Shown here: one piece after another, positions 53,631 through 64,000 of the stretch
Layout: each line of letters starts with the position of its first letter
Numbering within the stretch: position 1 is the first letter of the stretch
NCBI GenBank assembly: GCA_963749495.1
Contig: CAVVMW010000030.1
Location: forward strand, 96,001 to 160,000
Reading direction: 5' to 3'
Source of the DNA: an uncultured bacterium
GTDB taxonomy: Bacteria; Verrucomicrobiota; Verrucomicrobiia; Limisphaerales; UBA8199
Length of the DNA: 64,000 nucleotides
Position numbers and translations under genes: made by a program
The notes under the pieces: model-generated
Told to the model about the DNA's origin: nothing
The model's input: only the letters and a program-made list of their open reading frames with translations
Databases searched by the model: none

Positions 53631-55896
53631 ACCGCGTCGCGGAGCGACGCCTGACGGCGTGGCGCTGGCAGATCCAATCCTGGTACCGCACGAGGATTAC
53701 CTCGTGAATATCCTCGACGGTCAGGTCGAGGCGGTTGCCGTGGCGGCGCAGGCGGGTCGAGCGGTTGAGTCCGGCGGCATGTTTGATCGGCCGATCCAGG
53801 GTGATGCTGGCGCGGTAGATCGGGGCGTCCTCGATCAGTGCCGGAAAGACATAGGACCAGTCCGTAGCGGGGGTGTTTTGCGGCGGGGAGGCGTAACTGA
53901 TCAAGTGTGCCCGCAAGGTGCGCTGGGCCGGGTCGTCGGTGACCACCGCCTCGACGGTTGCCGGCGCGGCAATCTCGACCCGGGGCTTGGGGTCGAGGAA
54001 ACGCGCGGCATACCGGAGGAGCCTGCGGGTCTCGACGATATGGAGTTCGCTGCCCGTGGCATAGTCGGGTGAGCCGGCGAAGGTGAGCACGATGCCCTGG
54101 CCGAAGTGGTTGACGAGGATGGCGGGACCGGCTCGTTCGCCGGCGCTCATGAGCCAGTCGGGGTCTTCCATGCCTGCTTTTTGCTGGAGGAGGGTGCGGC
54201 GGGGTTTGAGCAGGTCCCCCAGGGCCGTGGCAGTGACGGGTTGGTAGAGCACAGCAGGACCTTTGACAAGAAAAGGCCAGTCGGGCGGGGTGTCACCCTG
54301 AAGCGGGCGCAGATCGGCGTTGGCGCCGGCCGGAAACCTGAACCAGTTGTCCTGGGACTCGAGCCGGCCCTGGAGCCTGGCGCCGATGAGTTCCGCCAGC
54401 GAGGACTGCGTCTGTCTCCGGCCGAACCGGTCTAGGGTGCCGGTCAGGCCGGTGACGATAAGCTTGCCGCCGGCCTCGACGTAGCGGCGGAAGAGCGCGG
54501 CTTCTCTCTCGGAAACGATGGCCGCGTTGGGCAGGAGCACGATGGGAAACTGCCGCAGGGTGTCGAGCGTCACGTTTTCCTCGTGGATCACCCCCCAGGG
54601 GATGTGCTCATAGACCATCGCCTTGTGGGCGCCCAGAAAGGCCAGGTAGTAATCGGCCGGCTTGCCGCGTCCCATCCAGTCGCGGGTCCGGCTGCTGTAA
54701 TAAATGCCGACCTCCTGCACCGGTTGATGGCCAAAGTGCGGACGCTTGGCCTGGGCCTCGCGGAAGAGGGGCTTGAAGCGGTCGTAGGCCACCGGATCAA
54801 TCCAACCATCGAGGCCCGTCTTGTCAACCATGATGACGAAAGCGTCGTGCGCCAGCAGAGTCATCAGTTCCCAGCGCATGTCGTTGAGCGGGCGGGTGGT
54901 CTGATCGTGATACCCCCGGACCCCGCGCTGCATGGCTACCATGAAGGGGTTGCCTGGCCTGGCGGCGCGGAAGAACTCGGCATTGAGCCCGACAGTCAGC
55001 GCGCCGAAACACCATAGCCCGGCCTCGCCGGCCATGAAGTCCCCATTGAGGGCGTGCTGCACCGGCCGCTGGCCACACTCCCAGGAGAACGGCGGGTACC
55101 CATGGTAGTTGAAGAACACAGTGGCCTTGGGGTTCAGGCGGTGAACGTGCCGGGTCATTTCCTTTTCGAACCAATCGCTGCTGGCATAGCGCATCTCCAG
55201 CACGCGCTCCCAGTCCTCGTCCCAGCTCGGATAGCGGGGCATAGGCCGGCCGCATTGGGCCTCAAACTCCTGCTGGCAGGCCGGGCACCAGCACCCGTAA
55301 GGGGGGATGAAGCCTTGGTCCGCCATGTCCAACTCGACCCCGTCGATCCCGTAGGCGAGCTGTTCGGCGACCAACTGCTTTATGTATTCAAGATAACCGG
55401 ACCGGAAGCAGACCCGCTCGATGGGCTGGCCGTCGGCGGCCACCATCCGCCACTCCGGATGCCGTCGGAGCGTTTCAGAGCAATATTGAAGGCAACTGTA
55501 GGCCATGACCGTCAGGCCAAGCTTGTGCCCTTCCTCTACCGCCTCGCGCAGGACGTCGCGGCTCCCAAGTCCGGGCGCCTTGGGCTCGTATTTCGAGTCG
55601 TAATAGACGCGCTCGCCATCCCGGATCCAGACCGACAGAAACTCACCGCCGGCCTCTTTGCAGCGCCGCGCTATTTCGCCCCCGTCGAACTTCGCCGCAT
55701 AAGCCGCGTCGTTCGGGTCGAAGCCGGACTGCGTTCCCGTGGGGTCAATGTGCATGCCCACCCAAGATCGCTTGAACCAAGGCACGTCCTGGGGCGCGGC
55801 GCTCCCGGCGCACAACGGCCAGGCCAGCCCCGTCGCGAGGAGAAAAATCCGGAGAAGGCGCTGCTCGAACCGCGGAAGTGGAGTGGGGTTGGGCAT
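53407..55896 (-). CDS. Secreted glycoside hydrolase-like protein (GHL6-type TIM barrel + beta-galactosidase trimerisation-like domain)
   Basis: Signal-like N-terminus; DVLREAVEEGHKLGL, HPEWRM, YGIDGVELD, CWCPAC, LLPNAAIVS...YVEAGGKLIVTG; similarity appears to end near 53680. Confidence 0.75.
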   Translation of the reverse strand: MPNPTPLPRFEQRLLRIFLLATGLAWPLCAGSAAPQDVPWFKRSWVGMHIDPTGTQSGFDPNDAAYAAKFDGGEIARRCKEAGGEFLSVWIRDGERVYYDSKYEPKAPGLGSRDVLREAVEEGHKLGLTVMAYSCLQYCSETLRRHPEWRMVAADGQPIERVCFRSGYLEYIKQLVAEQLAYGIDGVELDMADQGFIPPYGCWCPACQQEFEAQCGRPMPRYPSWDEDWERVLEMRYASSDWFEKEMTRHVHRLNPKATVFFNYHGYPPFSWECGQRPVQHALNGDFMAGEAGLWCFGALTVGLNAEFFRAARPGNPFMVAMQRGVRGYHDQTTRPLNDMRWELMTLLAHDAFVIMVDKTGLDGWIDPVAYDRFKPLFREAQAKRPHFGHQPVQEVGIYYSSRTRDWMGRGKPADYYLAFLGAHKAMVYEHIPWGVIHEENVTLDTLRQFPIVLLPNAAIVSEREAALFRRYVEAGGKLIVTGLTGTLDRFGRRQTQSSLAELIGARLQGRLESQDNWFRFPAGANADLRPLQGDTPPDWPFLVKGPAVLYQPVTATALGDLLKPRRTLLQQKAGMEDPDWLMSAGERAGPAILVNHFGQGIVLTFAGSPDYATGSELHIVETRRLLRYAARFLDPKPRVEIAAPATVEAVVTDDPAQRTLRAHLISYASPPQNTPATDWSYVFPALIEDAPIYRASITLDRPIKHAAGLNRSTRLRRHGNRLDLTVEDIHEVILVRYQDWICQRHAVRRRSATRFISGAGGRTCSCCRAPERLCRCRRRRSASRPRSTTSWPATRVHWPPATRNWPPTTARRARWLGPSARCSGWAAR

Positions 55897-56037
55897 ATAT
55901 GTTTTAATGCTAAGTGGTCTCGAGCCCCTCGGCAAGCCGGCATCTGGGTCCCAAATCCTCGCCTGACCATTTTTTAAGAACGGAATACACGGAAAACGGC
56001 CTTCTTTCCGTATTCCGCGGTCCGTCTCCGCTCCCGC

Positions 56038-57011
56038 TCAGAGCAAATCCGCGCCCCCGACAACATCGTCGGGATAGATGGCTGTGGTCTGGTAACCGTA
56101 GCGGAAGAGGCGGCGCATTGCGCCGATGAACCTGCAACCCATCGGCAGCTTGTTGATCTGCGCGGCGACAAATCGCGGGAGACTGAACGGGGTCGGACAA
56201 ATCGCGCCAGCTCCTCGCGGACCGGTTCAGGAAACTCCGCGGCGGCCTGCCGTTGGAGGTGTTCCGCAAAATTTCCCAGGCCCAGCAACCGCGCCAGGAT
56301 GACCTGCTTGGCGAAGCACCTCCAGGCCTCCTGCCCAAACCGCTCTCGAACGTGTTTGGGCTTCAGAAAGAAAACCGTGTCAGCCCAGGCCGTGTGGCCA
56401 TCCCGCTGGAGGGGGCGATGGGGAGTCGCATATTTCCAGACCGCCGGCCTTAGGCCAATCAGTTCGAAGCCCAGCCCGGCCAGGTAGCCCAGGACCTCGT
56501 GGAAAAGAGGTTCGCCTTGAAAAAAAGGCTGAAACCTCAGTTCGCTCTGCACGCACAGCGCCTGCTCCACCAATTGCGGCGCGCTGGCCAGCACCTCGAA
56601 ATCCACGCCCTCCAGGTCGGTCTTGAACAAGTCCACTCGCCGGATACCGTGCTGGCCCAGGAGTTCGGTGATCGTCTCGCATTCCAGCTCCACGGCCCCA
56701 ACCTCCACAAAATAGTCTTGCAAGCCATAGGCCTCGACCAGTTTAGGGATCGGCTCCAGGAACGACGAGCATTGCGGGAACTTGCGCTGCTTGAATGCAC
56801 GCTTGCCGCGCCTTCCCGCAACCGCTTTTCGGAGACAAATACGGTTCACGTCGGCCGTCTTCGGCGGTGCCTCAGCCAGGAGTGCGTCCACTTCAACCAG
56901 GGTGATGGCTTCGGTAAGCCCCGGCACCTCTTTCAACAGGCCCAGCGTGTGCGCCGCGCCCAGGTCCAGAACCACAAAATCCCCTTTGAGCCGGCTAACC
57001 GTTTCCTTCAT
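56038..57011 (-). CDS. FkbM-family methyltransferase (probable frameshift at ~56190)
   Basis: VLDLGAA, VDLFKTDLEG, ELRFQPFFQGEPLF; an alternative frame gives a more protein-like C-terminus ending at 56038. Confidence 0.8.
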
Positions 57012-57254
57012 AGAGACCGTCAATCACGGTTGGTCAACGGCGGCGGGACCGGGCTGAGCGGGGTAAGCTCGGGCGAGGCTGCGGGAACCCGCCTGTATCG
57101 GCGATTAGTCCAATTCATCGTGGAAATCATACGGCGCGAGCCCTGGCGGTCAAGCCTTTTGGCCCGCGTCTCGATCAGCCCGGGGGAAACCTTGACTGGG
57201 GAGACATCTTCTCAGACAATACCCCTCAACTGATATATTGGGAAATTGAGAGAT

Positions 57255-58058
57255 ATGCCAACGACGCCGAACCAGACTTCGCAGGAGGTTCCGTTCCGGG
57301 TTATCCTCAAGGCCGCACGAGAGGTTGCGTTCGAGTCGCCAGACCATCTCATGCCTTGGGGCACCATGCGGAACAACAGCGTCAACCCGCAATTCAACTA
57401 TAAGCTCTATAACCTGTATCCCAGGCCCGAACAGCTCAAGATCCTGGACATGGGGTGCTCGGGCGGGGGCTTTGTAAAGGCATGCCTTGACGACGGGTGT
57501 TTTGCAGTGGGATTGGAGGGGAGCGATTTCTCGAAACGGTATCGTCGTGCCGAGTGGCGAACCATCCCCGAGCACCTCTTCACCTGCGATGTCACGGGAG
57601 ATTTCGAGCTTTTCATTGAAACGGAAGGGCAACGGAAACCCCTCCACTTCGATGTGGTGACCTGTTGGGAGATGATCGAGCACATAGCCGAACCCGACAT
57701 CGCCAGCGTCGCGCGCAACGTGCAGAAACATCTGGCACAGGGCGGGATTTGGGTTATGAGCGTGTCACCCAACGAGGAGATCATCCGTGGGCTCAGGTTG
57801 CACCAGACCGTGCAACCCAAGCCCTGGTGGATACGCAAGTTCGCCGAACTGGGGTTTGAGCACTCCGAACCTCATGTTCGCTACTTTCACACGCAGTTTG
57901 TGAGGGGACCGAAATATGGCGCGCCCGGCAGCTTTCATTTGGTGCTGACCCGTGATAGGTCCCGGTTGCCGCCCATCCCACATGAAAGTATTCTGCGCCG
58001 CACATATGATCTCTGGATCGGTTCGCTCCCACAGCGGGCCCTCTGCGGCACTTACTAG
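57255..58058 (+). CDS. Class I SAM-dependent methyltransferase
   Basis: ILDMGCSGG, FDVVTCWEMIEHI. Confidence 0.88.
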   Translation: MPTTPNQTSQEVPFRVILKAAREVAFESPDHLMPWGTMRNNSVNPQFNYKLYNLYPRPEQLKILDMGCSGGGFVKACLDDGCFAVGLEGSDFSKRYRRAEWRTIPEHLFTCDVTGDFELFIETEGQRKPLHFDVVTCWEMIEHIAEPDIASVARNVQKHLAQGGIWVMSVSPNEEIIRGLRLHQTVQPKPWWIRKFAELGFEHSEPHVRYFHTQFVRGPKYGAPGSFHLVLTRDRSRLPPIPHESILRRTYDLWIGSLPQRALCGTY

Positions 58059-58112
58059 GCTCCAGCATGTCATGCATCCGACTGTCTTGGAGTTCGAAAA
58101 GCGTTGACACTT

Positions 58113-58856
58113 ATGTCGCAGACGACCTGGGACAAAATACGTGAAGGGATTGGGTACCGCTTCCTTCGGCTGGGCTATTATTTGCGCCAGGTCCGTGGGG
58201 ACTTTCCCATCCTCAAGCCGATCAACCCCTTCGGGGTCGAGGTGCTTGGAGACCCGGCTTTTCAGGCCTCGGTAAGGGAAGTCGCCGATCTGACGCTGCT
58301 GGACACCGCCCGTCTGGCCAATCTCTGGAGACTGTGCAGGACGACTGACCCCGAGGGCAATATCCTGGAGATTGGCTCCTTTCGGGGCGGCGGCGCTCTC
58401 CACCTCTCCAATAGCTGTCCGAGCCGCAAGATCATCGCTTGTGATTCGTTCCGCAGTTTTGAAACGGTGCATCCGACACTCGATAAGAGCTTCCACCAGG
58501 AGATGTTCAGGAGCACAAGCAGGGAGCGCGTCGCCGCCTTGTTCATATCACGAAAACGGAACTACGAGGTCATAGACGGATTTTTCCCGGCTTCATGTGC
58601 CGGCAAGACCATCGCGCCCGTTTCGTTCGTGCATCTGGATGTGGACGTTTACAAGGCCACGCTCGAATCGCTGAATTACCTCGAACAGGAACGCATCCTG
58701 CTGGATCGCAGCTTGATTGTCCTGGACGATTACGACCGGAATGCAGAGGGCGTCAACCAGGCAGTGGCTGAGTTCACCGCCGCCCACAAACACTGGCTGG
58801 CGATCCCCCTCTTCCCCGCGCAGTGCCTCATGCTCACGGCCGCCTGGTTCCGCTGA
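58113..58856 (+). CDS. TylF/MycF/NovP-like O-methyltransferase
   Basis: EGNILEIGSFRGG, CDSF, FVHLDVDVY, VLDDY. Confidence 0.88.
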   Translation: MSQTTWDKIREGIGYRFLRLGYYLRQVRGDFPILKPINPFGVEVLGDPAFQASVREVADLTLLDTARLANLWRLCRTTDPEGNILEIGSFRGGGALHLSNSCPSRKIIACDSFRSFETVHPTLDKSFHQEMFRSTSRERVAALFISRKRNYEVIDGFFPASCAGKTIAPVSFVHLDVDVYKATLESLNYLEQERILLDRSLIVLDDYDRNAEGVNQAVAEFTAAHKHWLAIPLFPAQCLMLTAAWFR

Positions 58857-58883
58857 ACGCGGCGGCGAGCATTGATTTTCGTC

Positions 58884-59528
58884 ATGAAACGCATCACAGC
58901 TAATCTCTTAGCGGGCTTGCGGCTCGCCGCCCTGGCCATGGCGGCGGTGACTCAGACCAAAGCCCAGGAATACACGTTCACCACGCTGGCGGGCCTGGCG
59001 GGAAGCTCGGGCAGCGCCGACGGCACGGGCAGCGCGGCGCGGCTCAACCATCCAATCGGCGTGGCGGTGGACACCGCCGGCTGCGTCTTTGTGGCGGATG
59101 CCTTCAACCACACGATTCGGAAAGTGACGCCGGCCGGGGTGGTGACGACGCCGGCGGGCCTGGCGGGAAGCTCGGGCAGCGCCGACGGCACGGGCAGCGC
59201 GGCGCGGTTCAACAATCCATCCGGCGTGGCGGTGGACACCGCCGGCAACCTGTATGTGGCGGACAGCGGGAACAACACGATTCGCGTCGGCACTGTCGCC
59301 TGTCCGGACCAGCCCACGATTGACCTTGCTGCCGGGCCGGCCGGGCAATTGCGGCAACTGGACACCAGGCCGCAAACCGCCGTGGCCTGGCAGTGGAGCC
59401 TCATCCAAGGCCCGGCCGCTTCATCGGCCGCACTCTCGGCCTCCAATTCTCGCAATCCCACGTTCACACCCGATGTCACCATGTTTCGCCAGCCCACCCG
59501 GCTCTATCGCCTGGATCCGGTCCCATGA
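58884..59528 (+). CDS. Short, internally deleted paralog of the NHL-repeat protein (possibly a pseudogene)
   Basis: Same signal peptide/[10 protein letters not shown] start, two NHL repeats, [16 protein letters not shown] and terminal FRQP.RLYRL.PVP as 34892-37869. Confidence 0.75.
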   Translation: MKRITANLLAGLRLAALAMAAVTQTKAQEYTFTTLAGLAGSSGSADGTGSAARLNHPIGVAVDTAGCVFVADAFNHTIRKVTPAGVVTTPAGLAGSSGSADGTGSAARFNNPSGVAVDTAGNLYVADSGNNTIRVGTVACPDQPTIDLAAGPAGQLRQLDTRPQTAVAWQWSLIQGPAASSAALSASNSRNPTFTPDVTMFRQPTRLYRLDPVP

Positions 59529-59871
59529 CGCCCCACCTGCCATCGGGGCGTCTCTCCCCTCGCCCGCAGGATCTGACCCCGGCCCAGGACCAGTGACAAA
59601 GTCTCCGAAACGGGCCCCAAGCCCTGACTGTAGGAGACGGCGTAAGGAGTCTCTGATCAACGCCTTCCGAGGGGAGCAGGCTTTCGCTGTACCCCGGATG
59701 CCACGGCTGCCTGCCACCAATCGCTGGCGGGGTCGGGTGTGACCCACCACCACGGATCGTTGCCGGGCGGGGAGATGGGGAATCTGAAGGCCTGCACATG
59801 GCCATCGCCGTAGTCCCTTCGGGACACAACTGCGTGGGAGCTTGACCGGCAATTCTAACCGCACGCCGCTG

Positions 59872-60021
59872 GGCGCATCCCGACACTGCCCCCACCGCCG
59901 AGGGCCGGATCGGAGTGCGCCCGTCCCCGGGCGTAGCGACGCCCGGAGCCAGGGCAGCGGTCAAACACTCCAGCGCGCCAGCCCGCTCCGTCGCTGCTGC
60001 GCCCGGGGACGGGCGCACTCC
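59872..60021. repeat. Intergenic copy of the GGAGTGCGCCCGTCCCCGGGCG palindromic element
   Basis: Homologous to 16988-17137. Confidence 0.9.
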
Positions 60022-60096
60022 GGGGACAGAGTCAGGATGCGCCGCCGGGGCCATTGACAAAGTCACTCCAAGGGCTTGGGCGGCAACGGCGCCAGC

Positions 60097-60231
60097 GTAG
60101 CGCAGGTTTCCAAACCTGCTGTATCGCGGGTTTCCAAACCCGCAGGCCGTCCGCAAACCGGGGGCGCTCGACATGCCGCCGTCCTGCCGGTTGGAAATCG
60201 GCGATACAGCAGGTTTGGAAACCTGCGCTAC
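60097..60231. repeat. GTAG-type REP doublet (31-bp perfect inverted repeats)
   Basis: GTAGCGCAGGTTTCCAAACCTGCTGTATCGC ... GCGATACAGCAGGTTTGGAAACCTGCGCTAC. Confidence 0.9.
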
Positions 60232-60318
60232 AACTTTGTCAACGGCCCTGGATGCGCCGCACGCCGCCTCCTTGCCTTCCTTGACATCGGGCTGGGCGTG
60301 ACCAAAACTGTTTGTCTT

Positions 60319-62118
60319 ATGGTCGAACCACGCACCAGCGAGTTGATGGAGACAATTGTGTCGCTTTCCAAGCGGCGGGGATTCATTTTCCAGTCCTCGG
60401 AGATATACGGGGGGCTGAACGGATTTTGGGATTACGGCCCGCTGGGGGCGGAGCTCAAGCGGAACATCAAGGAGTACCTGGTGGCGCTCGATGACGCAAG
60501 CGCGCGATGACGTGGTGGGCCTGGATGCCTCGATCATCATGCACCCGAAGATCTGGGAGGCCAGCGGCCATACCAGCACGTTCAGCGATTTGATGGTCGA
60601 TTGCCTCCTGACCCGGAAACGCTTCCGCGCGGACCAGATCGAGCCCCAGAGCGGCACGGCCTACTTCTACACGGGTGCCACGGACGCCGTGACCGGCAAG
60701 CAGTGCAAGGACCCGTTTTCAGTCCTGCTCGTCACCGGCTGGCACCCGGACTATGCCCGCAAAGTGGCCCGGCAGTTTTACCAGCAGCGCGGCCTCCAGG
60801 AGCCGGGCATGGAGGGCGAGCGGTCCGAACCGGTCCGGAACAGCACCCGTTACAATCCCGAAAACGGCTCGCTGCTGACCGAACCGCGCCCCTTCAACCT
60901 CATGCTCAAGACCTGCGTCGGCCCCGTCGAGAGCCCCGACAACGTCTCCTATCTCCGTCCCGAGACTGCCCAGGCCATCTTCGTCCAGTTCAGGAACGTG
61001 CTCGAGGTCTCGCGCCAGAGGCTCCCCTTCGGCATCTGCCAGATCGGCAAGGCCTTCCGCAACGAGATCAACCCCCGCAACTTCACCTTCCGTTCGCGGG
61101 AATTCGAGCAGATGGAGCTGGAGTTCTTCATCAAGCCCGATGAGGCGATCGAGGCGGTTTGCGGGCACGTGGCCGCCCCGGCCGGCCCGGCCACCCCGGC
61201 CACCCGCAGCCCGACTGGGGCTGGCAGCTCTGGCACCAATACTGGGTCGAGGAGCGCATCCGCTTTTACGAGAGCATCGGCCTGCCCCGCGCCTCCCTGG
61301 TCGAATACTGGCAAAAGCCGGACGAACTGGCCCATTATGCGCGCGCGACGGTCGATGTCCTCTACAAGTTCCCCTTCAGCAAGCGCGACCCAAGCGGGGA
61401 GTTGGCCGGCGAGGAACTGGAGGGCATTTCCGCCCGCAGCGATTTCGACCTCTCCCAACACCAGCGCTTTGCCGCCCGGCCCATGACGGTCTTCGACGAG
61501 GAACTCAAGAGCGCCTGGCCCAGGCTCGACCCGGCCAAACAAAGCGCGTTGCGCGAGCGCTACGCCCAGGCCCGCCTCAACTATTTGCTCAAGGCGGGCG
61601 AGCCTCCCGCACTGGCGGAGAAACAGGCGCGCCAGGATGGCGAGGCCCTGGCCAAGGGCTACTACGTGCCGCACGTCATCGAACCGTCCGCCGGCGTGGA
61701 CCGCCTGGCCCTGGCGCTCCTCTGCAATGCCTATTCTCAGGACCAGGCCCCGGACGAGAAGGGCAAGCTCGAAACCCGCGTCGTCATGCGCTTCCACCCG
61801 CGCATGGCCCCGATCAAGGCCGCCGTCTTCCCCCTGCTCAAGAACAGACCCGAGCTGGTGCAAAAGGCCAGAGAGGTGCGCGACCTGCTCCGTCCCCGGA
61901 TGGCCGTGTTCTACGATGAAGCCGGCGCTATCGGCCGCCGTTACCGCCGCCAGGACAAGGCCGGCACGCCCTTTGGCGTCACCATTGACTTCGACACCCT
62001 GGGCGAAAGCGGCCCTGACCTCAAGGACACCGTTACCCTGCGCGATCGAGACACGATGAAACAGGAGCGGGTCAAGATCGCCGATTTGGTGACGGTGTTG
62101 AGTGCCAGGCTCCATTGA
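60319..62118 (+). CDS. glyQS: Glycine--tRNA ligase, alpha2 type (frameshifts at ~60478 and ~61188)
   Basis: [50 protein letters not shown] and IGRRYRRQD across three frames. Confidence 0.93.
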
Positions 62119-62173
62119 CCTGGCCTGGGCGCAGGCGACAGACCATGACCGCATATTTGGCACAAGGGGATCG

Positions 62174-62824
62174 ATGAACGAATCTCACCCATTGGCGTTC
62201 ATTTGCAGGCTCTCTCGTTTCTTGCTGCGATGCCGCGGGGCAAACCGCAGGCCCGGAGGCCGGAGCGGCAGCGACGCCGGCCCGCGGGCGGCCGGCGCTG
62301 CCCCGGCGGCAACACCCACCGCCTCGGCCCAGCCGCTCCCCAGGGTCACGGGCACCGAGCCGGTCAAGAGGCGGGCGCCGACGCTCTATGCCATTATCAT
62401 CATCAAGCTGCTCAAAGGGGCGCTGTTCGTGGGGCTGGCCATCACCGCTTACACCCTCTCGGACAACGATCTCCCAGCCGAATACCAGAACCTGCTGCAC
62501 GTCCTGAGGCTCAACCCGGAGAGCAGGATCTGGGCGCACCTGGCCAACCAGGTCAGCCAATTGACCGAGACTAAGGTGCTCGTGGCGTCGGCCGGCATGC
62601 TGGCCTTCAGCCTCCTTTCGCTCATCGAAGGAATCGGGTTGCTCTTTCGTGTCCCCTGGGCCGGCTGGATGGCCATCGGGGAATCGATATTCTTCATCCC
62701 GATCGAGATCGACCACCTCCTCCACCGGCCCTCGGTCATTGCCGCGGCCGTGCTCGGCCTGAACATCCTCATTGTCTGGTACCTGGTCCAGAACCGCAGG
62801 CGCCTCTTCCGCCATCACCGTTGA
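62174..62824 (+). CDS. DUF2127-like membrane protein
   Basis: IIIKLLKG, IEGIGL....WAGW, FIPIEI, NILIVWYL. Confidence 0.8.
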   Translation: MNESHPLAFICRLSRFLLRCRGANRRPGGRSGSDAGPRAAGAAPAATPTASAQPLPRVTGTEPVKRRAPTLYAIIIIKLLKGALFVGLAITAYTLSDNDLPAEYQNLLHVLRLNPESRIWAHLANQVSQLTETKVLVASAGMLAFSLLSLIEGIGLLFRVPWAGWMAIGESIFFIPIEIDHLLHRPSVIAAAVLGLNILIVWYLVQNRRRLFRHHR

Positions 62825-62869
62825 CCGGGCCCAACTGACCCTTTCCCCTTTCCCCTCGGCCTCCCATTT

Positions 62870-63091
62870 TCATCCCGGAGGGATGAGAGAAGGTAAGCCG
62901 GGGGTCCAAGCACAGCGAGACCCCCGGTCAAGCGGCGATGTGTGTTTGCATCCCGGAGGGATGCCAGAGGCTCACCCGCACGGACGCTCCTTTCTGGCAC
63001 CCCATCCGGGGTGCAGGGCCCTCGACGCGGTCAACCGGGGGTCGCGGCGAGGCCACGACCCCCGGCTACCTTCTGGCAACCCTCCGGGTTG
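62870..63091. repeat. Nested palindromic REP-like element, family C (second copy)
   Basis: Homologous to 9360-9582. Confidence 0.85.
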
Positions 63092-63140
63092 CGGATCGCT
63101 CGGGGTTGACGACGGGCCTTTTATTGGATTTATTGACATT

Positions 63141-64000
63141 ATGAAAATTGAAAGTCTGAAGGTTTTCTGTGACTTGGCTGAAACTCAGAGCTTTACGAAG
63201 GCAGCGCAGATCAACGAAGTCACCCAGTCCGCCGTCAGCCAGCAAATCACCTCCCTGGAGCGCCTGTTCAAGTCGCTGCTGGTCGAGCGGGGCAAACGAA
63301 AATTCCGGCTCACGCCGGAAGGCGAGATGCTTTACGAGCACAGCAAGCAAATCCTGGAAACCTATGCCGGCCTGCAGACCCAGCTCAAGGAGACCGGCGA
63401 GGTGGTCTCCGGCACCATCCGCATCTCCACCATTTACAGCATCGGTCTGCACGACCTGCCGCCGTATCTGAAACAGTTCCTTAAGAGCTATCCCAACGCC
63501 CACGTCCATGTCGAGTATCGCCACGCCCGCCAGGTCTATGAGGATATCCTTGGCAACGCGGCCGACCTGGGCCTGCTGGCCTACCCCACCCATGCGCGCA
63601 CCCTCGAAATCCTCCCCCTGCGCAAGGACCCGCTCGTCCTGATCTGCCACCCCAGCCATCCCCTGGCCAAACGCAAGACCCTCCGGCTCAAGGCCCTGAG
63701 CGGCCAGAAATTCGTGGGCTTCGAACGCGACATCCCCACCCGAAAGGCCCTGGACCGGATCTTCAAGGAACATCACGTGACGGCCGACTATGTGATGGAG
63801 TTCGACAATGTCGAGACGGTCAAACGCGCCGTCGAGATCGATTACGGGGTGGCCGTCGTCCCCGAGACCACCATCCGCCAGGAAGTGGCCAGCCAAACCC
63901 TGGTTGCGCTTCGTTTCGAGGAAGGCGATTTCGCCCGCCCGCTCGCCATTATCCACACCCGCAGCAAGGTGCTCTCACACGCGATGAAACGGTTCATCAA
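63141..64000 (+). CDS. LysR-family transcriptional regulator (runs off the window)
   Basis: Manual translation from ATG 63141: MKIESLKVFCDLAETQSFTKAAQINEVTQSAVSQQITSLE...RLTPEG. Confidence 0.93.
   Translation, partial: MKIESLKVFCDLAETQSFTKAAQINEVTQSAVSQQITSLERLFKSLLVERGKRKFRLTPEGEMLYEHSKQILETYAGLQTQLKETGEVVSGTIRISTIYSIGLHDLPPYLKQFLKSYPNAHVHVEYRHARQVYEDILGNAADLGLLAYPTHARTLEILPLRKDPLVLICHPSHPLAKRKTLRLKALSGQKFVGFERDIPTRKALDRIFKEHHVTADYVMEFDNVETVKRAVEIDYGVAVVPETTIRQEVASQTLVALRFEEGDFARPLAIIHTRSKVLSHAMKRFI

Noticed and set aside
60319..62118. GlyRS pseudogene or programmed frameshifting
   Set aside because: Essential gene, no slippery heptamer evident, and similar indels occur throughout the window, so sequencing error is more likely

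Overview
GC-rich bacterial chromosomal window, most likely Verrucomicrobiota (Pedosphaera/Limisphaera-like). This is inferred from Gloeo_Verruco repeats, H-X9-DG prepilin-like proteins and C-terminal 'W...FYR' domains. Housekeeping and metabolic genes: nadC-birA-coaX, secA, alpha2-type glycyl-tRNA synthetase, moeA, a PilB/GspE ATPase, Xaa-Pro aminopeptidase, a HypD-like glycyl radical enzyme, a glycogen debranching enzyme, an ATP-cone nucleoside kinase, a dipeptide epimerase, a CE15 esterase and a partial LysR. Envelope and surface genes: glycosyltransferases, MBOAT plus an SGNH-like partner, a YfhO-like protein, three methyltransferases, a radical SAM protein, and large secreted GloVer, NHL and LamG-cohesin-dockerin proteins. 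The most striking signal is a dense set of palindromic REP/MITE-like elements. Several unrelated sequence families share one nested architecture. At least two, probably three, sit in frame inside protein-coding genes, and one inverted pair brackets a kinase gene. An ~8.1 kb surface-protein island is bounded by a perfect 38-bp direct repeat of the 3' end of an M28 peptidase gene and carries what looks like a tyrosine-transposase relic. A decayed ParDE module appears fused to the aminopeptidase C-terminus. About nine single-base frameshifts, two of them in the essential GlyRS gene, point to long-read indel errors. No rRNA, tRNA or CRISPR array was recognised. All family assignments are by eye, without database searches.
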